The position numbers were made by a program, and so were the translations under genes. Under the pieces are notes generated by a model. It searched no databases, was not told where the DNA came from, and saw only the letters and a list, made by a program, of their open reading frames with translations. A DNA stretch of 60,615 nt, filler included, from Globobulimina sp. (lineage: Eukaryota), in assembly GCA_003354225.1 (NCBI GenBank). It is 12 parts of 12 records of this genome, joined end to end, with 100 filler letters (N's around TTAATTAATTAA, not from the genome) between each part and the next. Parts side by side here need not be neighbours in the genome. Positions count along the whole stretch, not along the records: positions 10,132 to 15,096 come from PIVH01000809.1; positions 15,197 to 20,157 come from PIVH01000810.1; positions 20,258 to 25,218 come from PIVH01000811.1; 9 more parts are not named here. One strand, written 5' to 3'. Shown here in pieces: positions 12,264 to 23,427 of the stretch. Position 1 is the stretch's first letter; each line of letters begins with the position of its first letter.

Positions 12264-12288
12264 TTATGGCGCCATAAAAAAAATGGCG
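12264..12288. promoter_or_regulatory. Candidate E2F-type site (palindrome TTATGGCGCCATAA plus half-site AAATGGCG) upstream of CKS1
   Basis: Perfect 14-bp palindrome with a TGGCGCCA core in a very AT-rich intergenic region, about 100 bp before the CKS1 ATG. Confidence 0.3.
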
Positions 12289-12375
12289 TATTTATTTAAA
12301 ATGTAATTTATTTCAAAAACTTTCGGATAACTGTTAGAATTTGATTGCTTGGATTGGATTGCGAGTAAACATAAA

Positions 12376-12714
12376 ATGAATCAGTATGCGGACGAGATTG
12401 AATATTCGAGCAGATATCATGATGATTATTATGAATATCGTCATGTCCAAATCCCGAAACAATTAATCCACCAAATACCAAGAAACAGATTGTTGTATGA
12501 AGATGAATGGAGAGCAATTGGCATTATTCAGTCGCGAGGATGGGAGAATTTTTTAATGCATAAACCAGAGCCTCATATTTTATTATTTCGACGTCCTAAA
12601 AATGCAAACAATCGGACTGGCAAAGCATTGGAAACATGGACTCCTCCAAAACAAGAAAATATTCCAAAACCGGAATCTATGAAAATTCTTCGAAAAATAA
12701 AAATTGATTCATAG
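12376..12714 (+). CDS. CKS1: Cyclin-dependent kinase regulatory subunit (Cks1/Suc1)
   Basis: IEYSSRYHDDYYEYRHV..LLYEDEWRAIGIIQSRGW..HKPEPHILLFRRP is the canonical Cks signature. Confidence 0.97.
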   Translation: MNQYADEIEYSSRYHDDYYEYRHVQIPKQLIHQIPRNRLLYEDEWRAIGIIQSRGWENFLMHKPEPHILLFRRPKNANNRTGKALETWTPPKQENIPKPESMKILRKIKIDS

Positions 12715-12838
12715 CACACTATTTATATTAAACATATTGTTTCAATCCATATTTATATTTAACCATCACATTTTCTCTGTGAATTTAAATCCTTGCACTT
12801 TAGTTAAATGTCAACAACAAAAAGCTGGATGGCATAAC

Positions 12839-13855
12839 ATGTCGTTACTCATCCTTGAAAATCTCATTGCAAAGTTTGAACATTCAGTTTCACAAAAAAC
12901 TGATAATGAATTGAAAAAAGTGCTTACATTTCGCAAAATTGCATTAAGTTCATTAGAAAATATTAAATTATGTCCAAATGCAATAAAAGAAATTCAAGAT
13001 GAATTTGCAAAGCATAAATTTTTAATTTTAACAAATGATGCAAAGTATAATAAATCATTGAATTATCTCAATCTATTCAAGAAAATAAAATCAACCGCAT
13101 TGGATTTTTTTACCTCAACGAGTCAAGAAATAAAAGAGAAATTAGGTCAACCAACACCTGGTTATATGAGAACTGTCGCAAAAGAATTTTTCGACTATAG
13201 ATTGGTGAATAATATGTTTGAAGATGAATATTACCAACAATTGATTTGTTCAAACAATAAAAATATATTCAAATTCCAATCAGTGTTAAAGGAAACCTTT
13301 GTTTGTTTAGAGAATATAACAAAAGATATCGTTGATATTTTATGCTATGGCAATAAATTAAATGGCATAATAGCAACATCTTCCGATCTGCAAAAATTTG
13401 GAGCAATTGGTCATCCAAACGATAATAAACAAAAAGTGTCAGCATCGAAATTGAGCATATTTTATTACCATAATGATGAACAGTATGAGGACATTGCGAA
13501 TTGTTCGGAGCACATTGACCAAGGCTTCCTATCATTGGAACCAATATCTTGTGTTAGTGGTTTAGAGATTGAATATGCAAAGAATGAATGGATAAGAATC
13601 GATGAAGCAAAGGAGTATAATTTGAATGAAAATGACTTAATTTTATTTTGTGGCGAAACCTTTCAAAGACTGAGTGGTGGCAAATATACTGCTGCAATGC
13701 ACAGAGTTGGCAAAAATAGTAAAGAGCGGTTAACTATAGTTTATAAAATGAAACACCGGAACATGGAAAACGATTTAAAATTGCATTTTGGTGATGATGA
13801 AAGCTATCATTTTTATCAATATGATCAAAATGGAAACTTAGTTCAAATTTCTTAG
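12839..13855 (+). CDS. 2-oxoglutarate/Fe(II)-dependent oxygenase (IPNS/2OG-FeII_Oxy-like)
   Basis: HxD..H..R motifs: EHIDQGFLSL, GLEI, LILFCGETFQRLSGGKYTAAMHRV, ERLTIVY. Confidence 0.85.
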   Translation: MSLLILENLIAKFEHSVSQKTDNELKKVLTFRKIALSSLENIKLCPNAIKEIQDEFAKHKFLILTNDAKYNKSLNYLNLFKKIKSTALDFFTSTSQEIKEKLGQPTPGYMRTVAKEFFDYRLVNNMFEDEYYQQLICSNNKNIFKFQSVLKETFVCLENITKDIVDILCYGNKLNGIIATSSDLQKFGAIGHPNDNKQKVSASKLSIFYYHNDEQYEDIANCSEHIDQGFLSLEPISCVSGLEIEYAKNEWIRIDEAKEYNLNENDLILFCGETFQRLSGGKYTAAMHRVGKNSKERLTIVYKMKHRNMENDLKLHFGDDESYHFYQYDQNGNLVQIS

Positions 13856-13968
13856 CTGACAGAAACTATGTACAAACATGCTGATGACTGTGATTTGTTG
13901 TTTTGTATGACAAAATTGTACAATATTACAATTTGAATTGTTTAATTCGGTTTTGCGTGATCAAACAT

Positions 13969-15096
13969 TCAAATATAGGACATATACGTATCGCCAATCT
14001 TCTTCCCCATCTTGGTCCGGTTATCCGCAACAACAACATTAGCACCAAGTGTTCCAATGACATCTCCTCGCAAATCAATGGCCTCATTTACCATGTTACC
14101 AATCATTGCGCCACCCACTTTATTTGCTGCTTTTATAGCGTGTGAGTCAGCGCTTCGCGTCAATCCATATGCTTTATGTCCAAACAATCCATCTTTCCTT
14201 TTATTCCACATTGCCCGATGAATCAATTGAACTTCGCAAATATGTCCAACCAATTCATATTTCTCGTCATCTGCAGTGGTGTCCATATCCAATGATTGCA
14301 ACACTTTTTCTTCGTCTTCTGTGCATTCTACATTTGTGCCAAAATTATTTTGCATTGCTTTCATTGCTGAGTTACATGGTTTAATTAATAAAGTCATGTC
14401 TGCCCATCCTTGATCTGTTGTTTTTGTATATCTATTTTTAAGTTTTATTACTTTAAATCCAAAGCAATTCTCATTGAATTGCGCTAATATTAATAATATA
14501 AAATATAATTGTTTGAAATTGTGATGAACAATGCTTGAACGACAAATATCGACCAAACGTAGCCAATTCCCATCGTAATTTGTCTCCACTTTTTCCTGCG
14601 CTCTTTTCAGTTTTTTTAATGATGCTTTTATAACTTCACAAAGCTCAGATTTGTTACTGTTATATTCTGGAAATAATTGGATGGAATCTACTAAATTCTG
14701 CAACAAATTATATAATGGCTGTTGACATAACGCTGCCATGGAATGCACAGATTGCCAGTTATTTTTATGATCGTTTGTATCATGCTGCAATTGTAAGGGA
14801 AGCGGTGTTTGGGGTTTTATAGTTTTCTCAATTAAGGAAGATATATATGCGCATTTTGTATAATATCTGTTGTCTTCAGTGGTTATTCGATTTAATGTCG
14901 TCCAATATGGTGATATAAATTCTATCTTATCTTGTACAGTTTGTTTTGTTTTTGATGGAATTGAAATTGGTTCAAATTGTTCTATGGTTAATTTATATGT
15001 TTTCTCCTGGGTTTTTGCCTTTGGCCTTGCTTTTTTATTGCGTACTTTTTGGGATTCATAATACATATCGTTGTCTGAGTCAAATGAGGCTGTTTC
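13969..15096 (-). CDS. RelA/SpoT-synthetase-like (Pol-beta superfamily nucleotidyltransferase) domain protein; 5' truncated
   Basis: Ordered motifs LKKLKRAQEK..Y.G..LVDICRSSIV, KLKNRY, GWADMTLLI and HICEVQL. The frame is open to the contig edge. Confidence 0.75.
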   Translation of the reverse strand, partial: ETASFDSDNDMYYESQKVRNKKARPKAKTQEKTYKLTIEQFEPISIPSKTKQTVQDKIEFISPYWTTLNRITTEDNRYYTKCAYISSLIEKTIKPQTPLPLQLQHDTNDHKNNWQSVHSMAALCQQPLYNLLQNLVDSIQLFPEYNSNKSELCEVIKASLKKLKRAQEKVETNYDGNWLRLVDICRSSIVHHNFKQLYFILLILAQFNENCFGFKVIKLKNRYTKTTDQGWADMTLLIKPCNSAMKAMQNNFGTNVECTEDEEKVLQSLDMDTTADDEKYELVGHICEVQLIHRAMWNKRKDGLFGHKAYGLTRSADSHAIKAANKVGGAMIGNMVNEAIDLRGDVIGTLGANVVVADNRTKMGKKIGDTYMSYI

Positions 15097-15196
15097 NNNN
15101 NNNNNNNNNNNNNNNNNNNNNNNNNNNNNNNNNNNNNNNNTTAATTAATTAANNNNNNNNNNNNNNNNNNNNNNNNNNNNNNNNNNNNNNNNNNNN

Positions 15197-16925
15197 GTGC
15201 CAATAATTATCACATTCACACAACTGATGGCAATCGCCACCATCATACAAACACGCAGCAGACTTACAATCTTTGTCACAAATACCATCCCTCCATTCAT
15301 TTACACGGCATCCAAACGCATTCACAGTGTTACTGCATACTCGAACACATGATTTTGTTTCATTCGTAAATGCGCGAAATGTGTCGGAAATTACGCTGCC
15401 ACACACTCCTGACTCTTGAAATGAAAAATTTGCGTTGGGATTATACTCGAATACATTATTAAATTCATCAATGTCACTGATGTTGTTATACTCCATCAGC
15501 GAATGTATAGTGACTTGGAATGCGCGTTCAACCGTTAAATCAGTCAAATGTTCCAAATTTAACAATTCCAATGGAATATATTTCAGCTCAGTTAAGTTGA
15601 TCAAAAAAATGATTTCCAATGCTTTCAGGTGTTTGACACAATGCGGTATTTCACTGATGGCGCTGGTAAATAATTTCAATACTTTTAATTTAGTGAATGG
15701 ACAAATTGGCGGAAGATAGCCATTTTGGGCGTTGACATTCGTGAACTCGAGATATTGCAACTCGGATAATTGGGAAAGAGTGTCTGGAAATTCTCCAATG
15801 TCACAATTTGCAAACGAAAGATACTGCAAATCCTTCAGATTTGATATTTGTGGCGCAATATAACCGATATTTAGTTCCGAAATATCCAAAACCTGCAATT
15901 TTGTTGCAATGAACATGTCCGATGTAAAATTTATGGAAGAATATAGTTTTTTATTGCCATATGCATCCATAATATGGGCTACGCGAATTTTTTGCAACAT
16001 TCTGAATGATTTAAATACATTGGATATAATATCTATTAAATCGATACCGAAATATTGCTTCAATTCGTCGCTATCCCATGCAGCAATGTCAGAGCTCTTA
16101 TAATCAAATTTAAAACCACGACAATCACATTTTGTATCAAACGGATAAACTTTTTGCTTGCAAAAATCCCACAGAAATAATTGAGGCCTTTCATTCAATG
16201 TTTGTTGAGCTGATAAGCTTAACATTGTGGTGTTGTTATTGTATATGTCAGAAACAATTTGATTGCAAAATCCTATCGATGTCTGGAAATGCGATGTTAC
16301 CAAAGCTAATACAATGCAGCCATAAATGCAAAATATTGTCGACATGAACATGACTATTATTCTGCGAATGTGTATATAACAAAAACACGTTTTTGGCGGA
16401 TGGTTAATATTTACTTCAGTTTCAGGTATGACCCAACTATTAATTCTACCAATTTTACCAATATTTGGCACATTGGATATGTGTGCTTGTATTACAGCAC
16501 TTTGAGTGGATAATTGTGCAGTATTTGCAGGATGTTGATTGCTATAAAATTTGTAGGCACGCATTTCATTCATTGTTTGGTTTGATAATGACCAACATTT
16601 AGTTGCTAATAACAAGAGAGGGAAGAAAGTTGCCCAAAATGACAATGCGTCATTTGTTTGCAACGAAGCTAATGAAATCAAAATATCTGCATCGTCCAGG
16701 TCGGCGAATACAACAATATTAAATTGGGAATAACGCATAAAATAAATCATATACAATATCTATGGAACACAGAATGGTCTCAAATAATATTCCATGGCAA
16801 AATATTGGTTTAAATGCGTACAATGACCATGCCATTTAAAAATAAAAAACTGAAAATAATTTGATAAACTTGGAGTCATAGGCAAGGAAAATATTGCTAT
16901 CATCACTGGTGCCGTTATATGTCAG
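15197..16925 (-). CDS. Multi-TM + leucine-rich-repeat + LNR (Notch) repeat membrane protein; 5' part disrupted (probable pseudogene); 3' truncated
   Basis: LxxLxxLxL repeats and an LNR repeat (CRVNEWRDGICDKDCKSAACLYDGGDC). Upstream hydrophobic segments continue in another frame across a shift near 16720 and a stop at 16836-16838. Confidence 0.75.
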
Positions 16926-17181
16926 TGAACATGCTCTCGCACACAAACTGTGGCTTTTCCTTCGTGCTCGAGCCTATAGCGAGGTTTCTGAGTGCTTATT
17001 ATCCCGTGAATAGATTGATACACTTCCATAATTTGCCGCGTTTTCAATTTTGCTTAGCAACTATTTCCGTTGGATTACAAAATAAATCGACAAAGGAATG
17101 ATATTCGCCCATCAACCCGACCCTACGGTGTATAATTTAAAAACCACACAATTATATAAATAATAATAAATAATTCACATT

Positions 17182-18261
17182 TCACAACAATTGTATTGGA
17201 TAATTTTTTGGAATGCTACCTTGCACAATTTCCCATTGTCCATTGCCACCAAATTTCTTTGGTATAAAATCCGGATGAATTTCTTTAAATAATTCCTTTT
17301 TATATTTAGAACCCAAAATCACTGTTTTTTGAACAGTATTTTTATGCAAAAACCCTTTGGCAATTTTCCAAACTTGCTTGAAAATCCATGGTGTGTTAAT
17401 CACATACACTCTGTGGATCATCTCCGGAAATAACAAACTAAAACGGCGCAGAAAGTATTCGTGAAACCGCCTGTCTTTAATAACTCGAATTGAATCAAAA
17501 TTCGATAAATCAAATATCACCACATGGCGGATTATACCAACCCGACCTCCCTCGATATCCTTTTCCTTTTCTTCGCAATCTCCCTCAAATCCATATTTTA
17601 GCTTTGTTTCCAATCCATAATATTTATTTGTTGCTTCTTTAATTTCTTGTAATAAACGCAAAAAATATCCCAACAATTGATCAGTTCCCGCATCGCCAGC
17701 ATTTTTATAAACGGTAAGATCTGAATTTGAGCGATAATTCAAGCCCTCATCAAAAAAAATAGGATGGCCATACATGTCTTGTCCGTAAACATAACATCCT
17801 TTCAGATATTCAGCGATTGGTACATTATTTATTTGATTTTGATGTAGAATGTTATCAAAATTACTGTTTTTACGCCATTTCAGATATTCACAAAATAATT
17901 CATCTGTGTTTTTCAATCGTTGGCTATAATTATTTATATGGCGGTAACCGGACATAAAACGATATATTACATCGTCACCAAAATCAGTGAATTCTTGTAT
18001 TTGTGATTTGTATGTATTGTATAAATGTTTGCAAATATTTGAGTCGTCGCTGCCAATCTCATATTCGTTTGATTCCGGAGGAACTTTAATTGTTTGGGGG
18101 AACGCAATATTTGTTTCTCGTTCTATTTCATGCTTCGCTACAAATTTGGTGTTTGATTCCACGCTAAAATCTGATAAATCTTTCATTAATGTTGTATCTA
18201 CGTAAGGGTTCTCGTGCAATTGTGGTTCATTTGCTTGTTTGGTCTCGTCTGAGTGTAACAT
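17182..18261 (-). CDS. CRAL-TRIO (Sec14-like) lipid-binding protein
   Basis: DDVIYRFM, YLKWRK, GQDMYGHPI, VVIFDLS, FPEMIHRVYVINTPWIFKQVWKIAKGFLH..TVQK and IPKKFGG. Confidence 0.92.
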   Translation of the reverse strand: MLHSDETKQANEPQLHENPYVDTTLMKDLSDFSVESNTKFVAKHEIERETNIAFPQTIKVPPESNEYEIGSDDSNICKHLYNTYKSQIQEFTDFGDDVIYRFMSGYRHINNYSQRLKNTDELFCEYLKWRKNSNFDNILHQNQINNVPIAEYLKGCYVYGQDMYGHPIFFDEGLNYRSNSDLTVYKNAGDAGTDQLLGYFLRLLQEIKEATNKYYGLETKLKYGFEGDCEEKEKDIEGGRVGIIRHVVIFDLSNFDSIRVIKDRRFHEYFLRRFSLLFPEMIHRVYVINTPWIFKQVWKIAKGFLHKNTVQKTVILGSKYKKELFKEIHPDFIPKKFGGNGQWEIVQGSIPKNYPIQLL

Positions 18262-18374
18262 GCTTGGACAGCTTAGTGCAAAATGAATTGATAAAAACTT
18301 CTGAGAAAACAACATTCCAACTACTCCTTAATCCCAACTCTTTGCCAAACAAACACTACCAATATATAAGTACA

Positions 18375-20040
18375 ATGTATGCATTGTTGATATTGTTGGT
18401 TCAATTGGAATTAATTGCATCTCAAACCAACCCAGTACCAGGAATTGGATGGATCGGTTCATCAATACATTTGTTGTATGGTCTTGACCCATTTGGCTCA
18501 GTTATAATATCCATTATCTATTGTTCTGTGTTGTCATTTGTTTCAATATATAATGTTATTTCTAAATAAATAGGTTATTGAGCACACATATACAGGATCA
18601 AAGACATCCGATGGATCTTTTGATATAAGTAATCACGTTATTGATGTCCCAAATATTAAATGCTCATATTCTTCACTTGGTTTTACTGCTGACTCATACG
18701 ATGAATACCAGTCCCAAATGACATCGTCATTTAAAATAAGCGGAGCATTTAGCAAATTCTCAGGATCCTATTCCTCGACAACACAATCTGTAAAGCACAG
18801 TATTTACATAAACAAACAAGCCGCATCCATAATATCTGCAAATTGCGTACAATATGAATTAAATCTACTTCGTAGTGGCGCACCTTTAAGATCATGGTTC
18901 ATTTCTGAAGCGAGCTCGTTACCGAATAATATCGACACTCTGTTCAATTTACAACAATATTTTGACTTTTTTAATTATTACGGCACCCATATTGTCACAG
19001 GTTGTGAAGTTGGAGGCAAATTATATCAATATTCATTCACAGAGGAATCATACATGAAATCACATAATAAATATACCGCGACCCAGCAAGCTGAAGCGAC
19101 ATTTTTCATCTCCGTCGATGGCGCAAACAGTCAGACAATGACAGTCGATTCAATATATTCACAAACCACTACAACTTGGAATATTCAAACAATTGGTGGC
19201 AAGTGGCCAGCTACACAAAATAATTGGACACCATGGATACAATCCATACAAAATTTGGAAAACGTAGCCTGTATTAATTGGTCAGCTCGAGACATTACAG
19301 ATGTTTGGGCCTGGAATAATGAATTAATTGCTACTCAATCTGTGGCTGCTGCAGCTTTGGCACAATATTTTGATGTCAGAGGCTGTATCATTCCATCTTC
19401 AATAAATTACAATCAATACGCATTAGTTAACGAAGGTTGTGAATACAGAGCCATACCAGAATTCAGGATTTGTTTTCAAGAAATGGAAGGAAGCTCACAA
19501 TGCAAAAATACACGATCGAGCTGCAGTGACTGGAGTTATTCCGCCTCAATTGAAGATATATCAACTTGGACTGCCATATTTAGAGATGATACAGATGATA
19601 GGTCGGGAGGTTGCAACTATCAATGGAAGGTTGAGCAGAGAGATAGTGTTATCACGTATGAATATCATAAGCCATATAAATATAGGTTATGTTTTAAAGA
19701 ATTGGAAGGAAGTTCTCAATGTCAAGGCTCACGGAGTAGCTGCAGCGGCTGGCACGACAGTGAAAACTGGACGGACTGGTTTAGGGATGATACGGATGGA
19801 AGAAGTGGTGGCTGCAAATATGTGTGGATGATTGACCAAATTGAAGATAGTTTTGCTGCTGAAATTAATGAATGTCGTGTTTGTTTTCAGGAAATTGAGG
19901 GAAGTTCGCAGTGTCAAGGAACAAGATTTACGTGCACTGGATGGAGCAAATCGAGTCCAGGATGGACTGCAGGGTTTCGCGATGACACTGATGGGAGAAG
20001 TGGTGGGTGCAAATATCAATGGAAATTGCAATGTCAGTAA
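18375..20040 (+). CDS. Secreted MACPF/perforin-family pore-forming protein with three C-terminal Cys-rich repeats (530 aa; intron 18501-18573)
   Basis: Signal peptide MYALLILLVQLELIASQ, then PVPGIGWIG. MACPF signature FFNYYGTHIVTGCEVGG. Three repeats of RxCFxExEGSSQC..CSxW..WT..FRDDTDxRSGGCxYxW. Confidence 0.9.
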
Positions 20041-20257
20041 ATAATTTATTTTTACATTCGTGTAGTGTTTTTTTTTCTAGTCTAGCTTTTTGTTAATTTA
20101 TTTTTTCTCGTCTTTAATTTTATTTTTCCTTTCCATCATAACGTTCCATTTAGCATANNNNNNNNNNNNNNNNNNNNNNNNNNNNNNNNNNNNNNNNNNN
20201 NTTAATTAATTAANNNNNNNNNNNNNNNNNNNNNNNNNNNNNNNNNNNNNNNNNNNN

Positions 20258-21440
20258 CATCTAAATCCCCATCATCAAATCCATCTAAATCCCCATCATC
20301 AAATCCATCTAAATCCCCATCATCAAACCCATCACAATTCCCATCTTTAAAACCCTCTCAACCTCCATCATCAAATCCATCTCAAATCCCCACAACATCA
20401 CCAACAACAAATCCGACTGTTTCTCCGAGTGTTTCTCCGTCATTCAATCCATCAATATCACCAACAATGTTACCAACAGCATCAAACCCATCAATAAGTC
20501 CGTCAATAAATCCGTCATCAACTCCATCACAATCTCCTACACCATTCCCAACATTAAACCCATCTCAATTTCCCACAACATTCCCAACATCAAATCCGAG
20601 CGTTTCTCCTTCAGTAAATCCATCGCCATTTCCTACATCAGATCCAACATTATCTCCATCAATAAATCCAACATTAAATCCAACATTAAATCCAACATTA
20701 AATCCATCATTAAACCCAACATTAAGCCCAACATTAAATCCAACACCAAACCCATCAATAAATCCGTCAATATTTCCATCAATAAATCCGTCATCAACTC
20801 CATCACAGTCTCCATCATTAACTCCAAATGTTTCTCCATCATTATCGCCATCCACACTAAATCCAGCTCGATCTCCTACACCATTCCCAACATTAAATCC
20901 GACATTAAGCCCAACATTAAATCCATCATTAAACCCAACATTAAATCCTTCATTATCTCCATCAATAAATCCAACACCAAACCCATCAATAAATCCATCA
21001 TCAACTCCATCATCAAATCTTTCATTAAATCCAACATCAAACCCATCAATAAATCCGTCAATAAACCCATCAATATTTCCATCATTAACTCCAAATGTTT
21101 CACCATCATTATCGCCATCCACACTAAATCCATCTCGATCTCCTACACCATTCCCGACATTAAATCCATCATTATCTCCATCAATAAATCCATCAATAAA
21201 TCCAACATTAAATCCAACATTAAATCCATCACTAAATCCATCACTAAATCCCACATCAAATCCCTCATCATCTCCATCACTAAACCCATCAATATCTCCA
21301 ACAGTAAATCCTTCAATATCTCCATCATCAAATCCAATCCTATCACCAACTCACAATCCAACACAACATCCAAGTATTGACCCAACACTCACTCCAACAT
21401 TATCACCTACAATAAATCCAACTACCCCTGCACCCACAGC
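20258..21440 (+). repeat. Coding minisatellite with 12-bp period (e.g. aatccaacatta / aatccatcaata) and larger duplicated blocks
   Basis: The 24-bp SKSPSSNP unit occurs three times at the start. The block PSLTPNVSPSLSPSTLNPxRSPTPFPTLNP is present twice (about 20812-20900 and 21079-21168). Confidence 0.9.
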
Positions 21441-22266
21441 TATTGCTGGGGCACTCGAATTGTATGTATTCCATAATGAAACACGTGAATATTGGTCACA
21501 GAACACATCACGCTACAATGCGTATGGCCGACTTATTCAAGATGCACTATTCTTAGCACTTAAAAATGCGAGCGGTCATTCTATGCATTATGATGACAGA
21601 GATTTATGGATTAATAAAACATGGAACTATGCAGGGATTGCAGGCTGGACAAATTGTCTCATGTTTACTTTGAAAATCACAGATATTCCAAACTGTCCAT
21701 CTAGATCTTCCAGTGACATTAATCCGCGTTCGAGAGGTGCACAGTACGTTGCTGTGAATGCGTTTTATGTGGTTGCTGACAGAGATGTTACTGCCTTTCA
21801 AGATTATATTGTAAAAACACTAGAGTCTCCAGTGTTTTTTGACTACTTTAGTGCATGGCTAGATACATTAGTTAACGAGTCAACTCCTCCCGATTGGAAA
21901 AGGAATAATGATAACAACACAAGAAGATTATTGCAGCAAAATAGTGGAAATAGTATAAGTGATAAAACAACTGTTATAGCTATATTTGTGTTACGTACAA
22001 TAAATATGGAAAATACGCCTACAATGTCACCGATAAGTATTGATTATCCGACTCCGAAACCAATACATGGTGCACCAACAAAGAAAGCACCAACACTCTA
22101 TAAAGTCACCGAAGAGGAATTCTTCAATATTCCATTGCCGTATCAAGGTCTGTTTGTAGATACACCCATTGTTATTGGCGATATTATGATAATAGCTACG
22201 ATGATATTATTTGGAATGATTGCAGTCGCGGCGTGTTGTTTTGTTTGGAAAAAAAATAAACTTTGA
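20258..22266 (+). CDS. Mucin-like Pro/Ser/Thr/Asn tetrapeptide-repeat type I membrane protein; 5' truncated
   Basis: Open frame from the contig start with about 390 aa of P(S/T)xx repeats, a globular region with an RRLLQ motif, and a C-terminal TM followed by WKKNKL*. Confidence 0.85.
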
Positions 22267-22740
22267 TTATTTTTATGTTTTATACAACATATTGTTCATG
22301 GATCTTTTTCACATTATCTATGTATTTTATGTTAACTTCTTTTTTCACAATTTTTTTTGTGCATTATTATATTATATTTTTTTTCATTATACGTCTTTGT
22401 TCAATATTGTTTTGTTTCGCATATTTAAAATATTTGAGCAAATATTTGCGTTGTTGTGTGCCTGTTTCATTTATTTATCTTAATGATTAATAATTCATAA
22501 TTTTAGTTTTTCTCAAAAATTATATAAATTACGCATTGGATAACCTGCCACCTTTGCACACATTTCTTAGTATTTTGAAGAAGATTAAAAACGGAATTAA
22601 GTTGCGTTGGATTTGCTATAACTTTGTTTTGAGTTTGCATAAAACCCAGAAACGTTTCACTTCTTATTTTCAATGGGTTATAGCTTTTGCTTCTACACAT
22701 CAAGAATTTCAAGGTAAATAGGCTCAATATATAAAATTAA

Positions 22741-23427
22741 TTATTTGAATCCCTTTGCAATGGCCAAAGTCTGTTTGTATTCTTGAATTTTCTTTTCAAC
22801 ACAGGTTGGATCATTGGATATCGCATCCAATAAAACAAATATCCTCTTAGATTCTTTAATATTTTTATGAAACCTATAAGCAATCGGCAATGCACATTGT
22901 TGGCATGTCATAGTATATTGTAATTCCAATTTATCATCTTCCCTTTCAAATATTTTTAATTGTGCATCAATTACAATCCCTGGAAATTTGCAAACTTGGT
23001 TTTTGATATCAATACAAAAAGCACTGTCCGACTTCCTTTTGGCGCAATCCTTTAATCGGCATTCCATCACTAAACAGTAATTACCACAATAACAACAATA
23101 ATATGTCTCGATGGGCCGGTCAATAATCTCACTGTCAAATGAAGAATAATCTGTTTGCGCAAATCTCGCATTTTGTCGGTACTCTTCCTATATTTTGTTA
23201 TTCAAATTTTATGAGATGGGAGCAAGGATATATAGAAACAAAACTATTTCTTTTTCATCTCTTAATCTTCGTTTGCGATAATCTTCCTTTTCTTGTTGTT
23301 CTTTATCAATGTAATCGCGTGCTGTCATTAGGTCTTCGTCTTTCTTTGTTTCCTCATTGACAGGTACTGGATGTAATGCATTTTCTGGAATATCTGGCTT
23401 AAACGGTCCTAGGCCTTTTGGCAACAT
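22741..23427 (-). CDS. STEEP1: STEEP1/CXorf56 (UPF0428) family protein (intron 23188-23244)
   Basis: The spliced product contains PIETYYCCYCGNYCLVMECRL..RKSDSAFCID and LELQYTMTCQQCALPIAYR, matching the family pattern. Confidence 0.8.

Noticed and set aside
16926-17135. Relatively GC-rich stretch ending CCCTACGGTGTA as a transposon end or ncRNA
   Set aside because: No partner inverted repeat, transposase or recognisable RNA fold in the window.
20565-21388. Antisense ORFs (GFNV/MLDL repeats) and a CRISPR-like periodic look
   Set aside because: By-products of the 12-bp coding minisatellite. There are no unique spacers and no cas genes.
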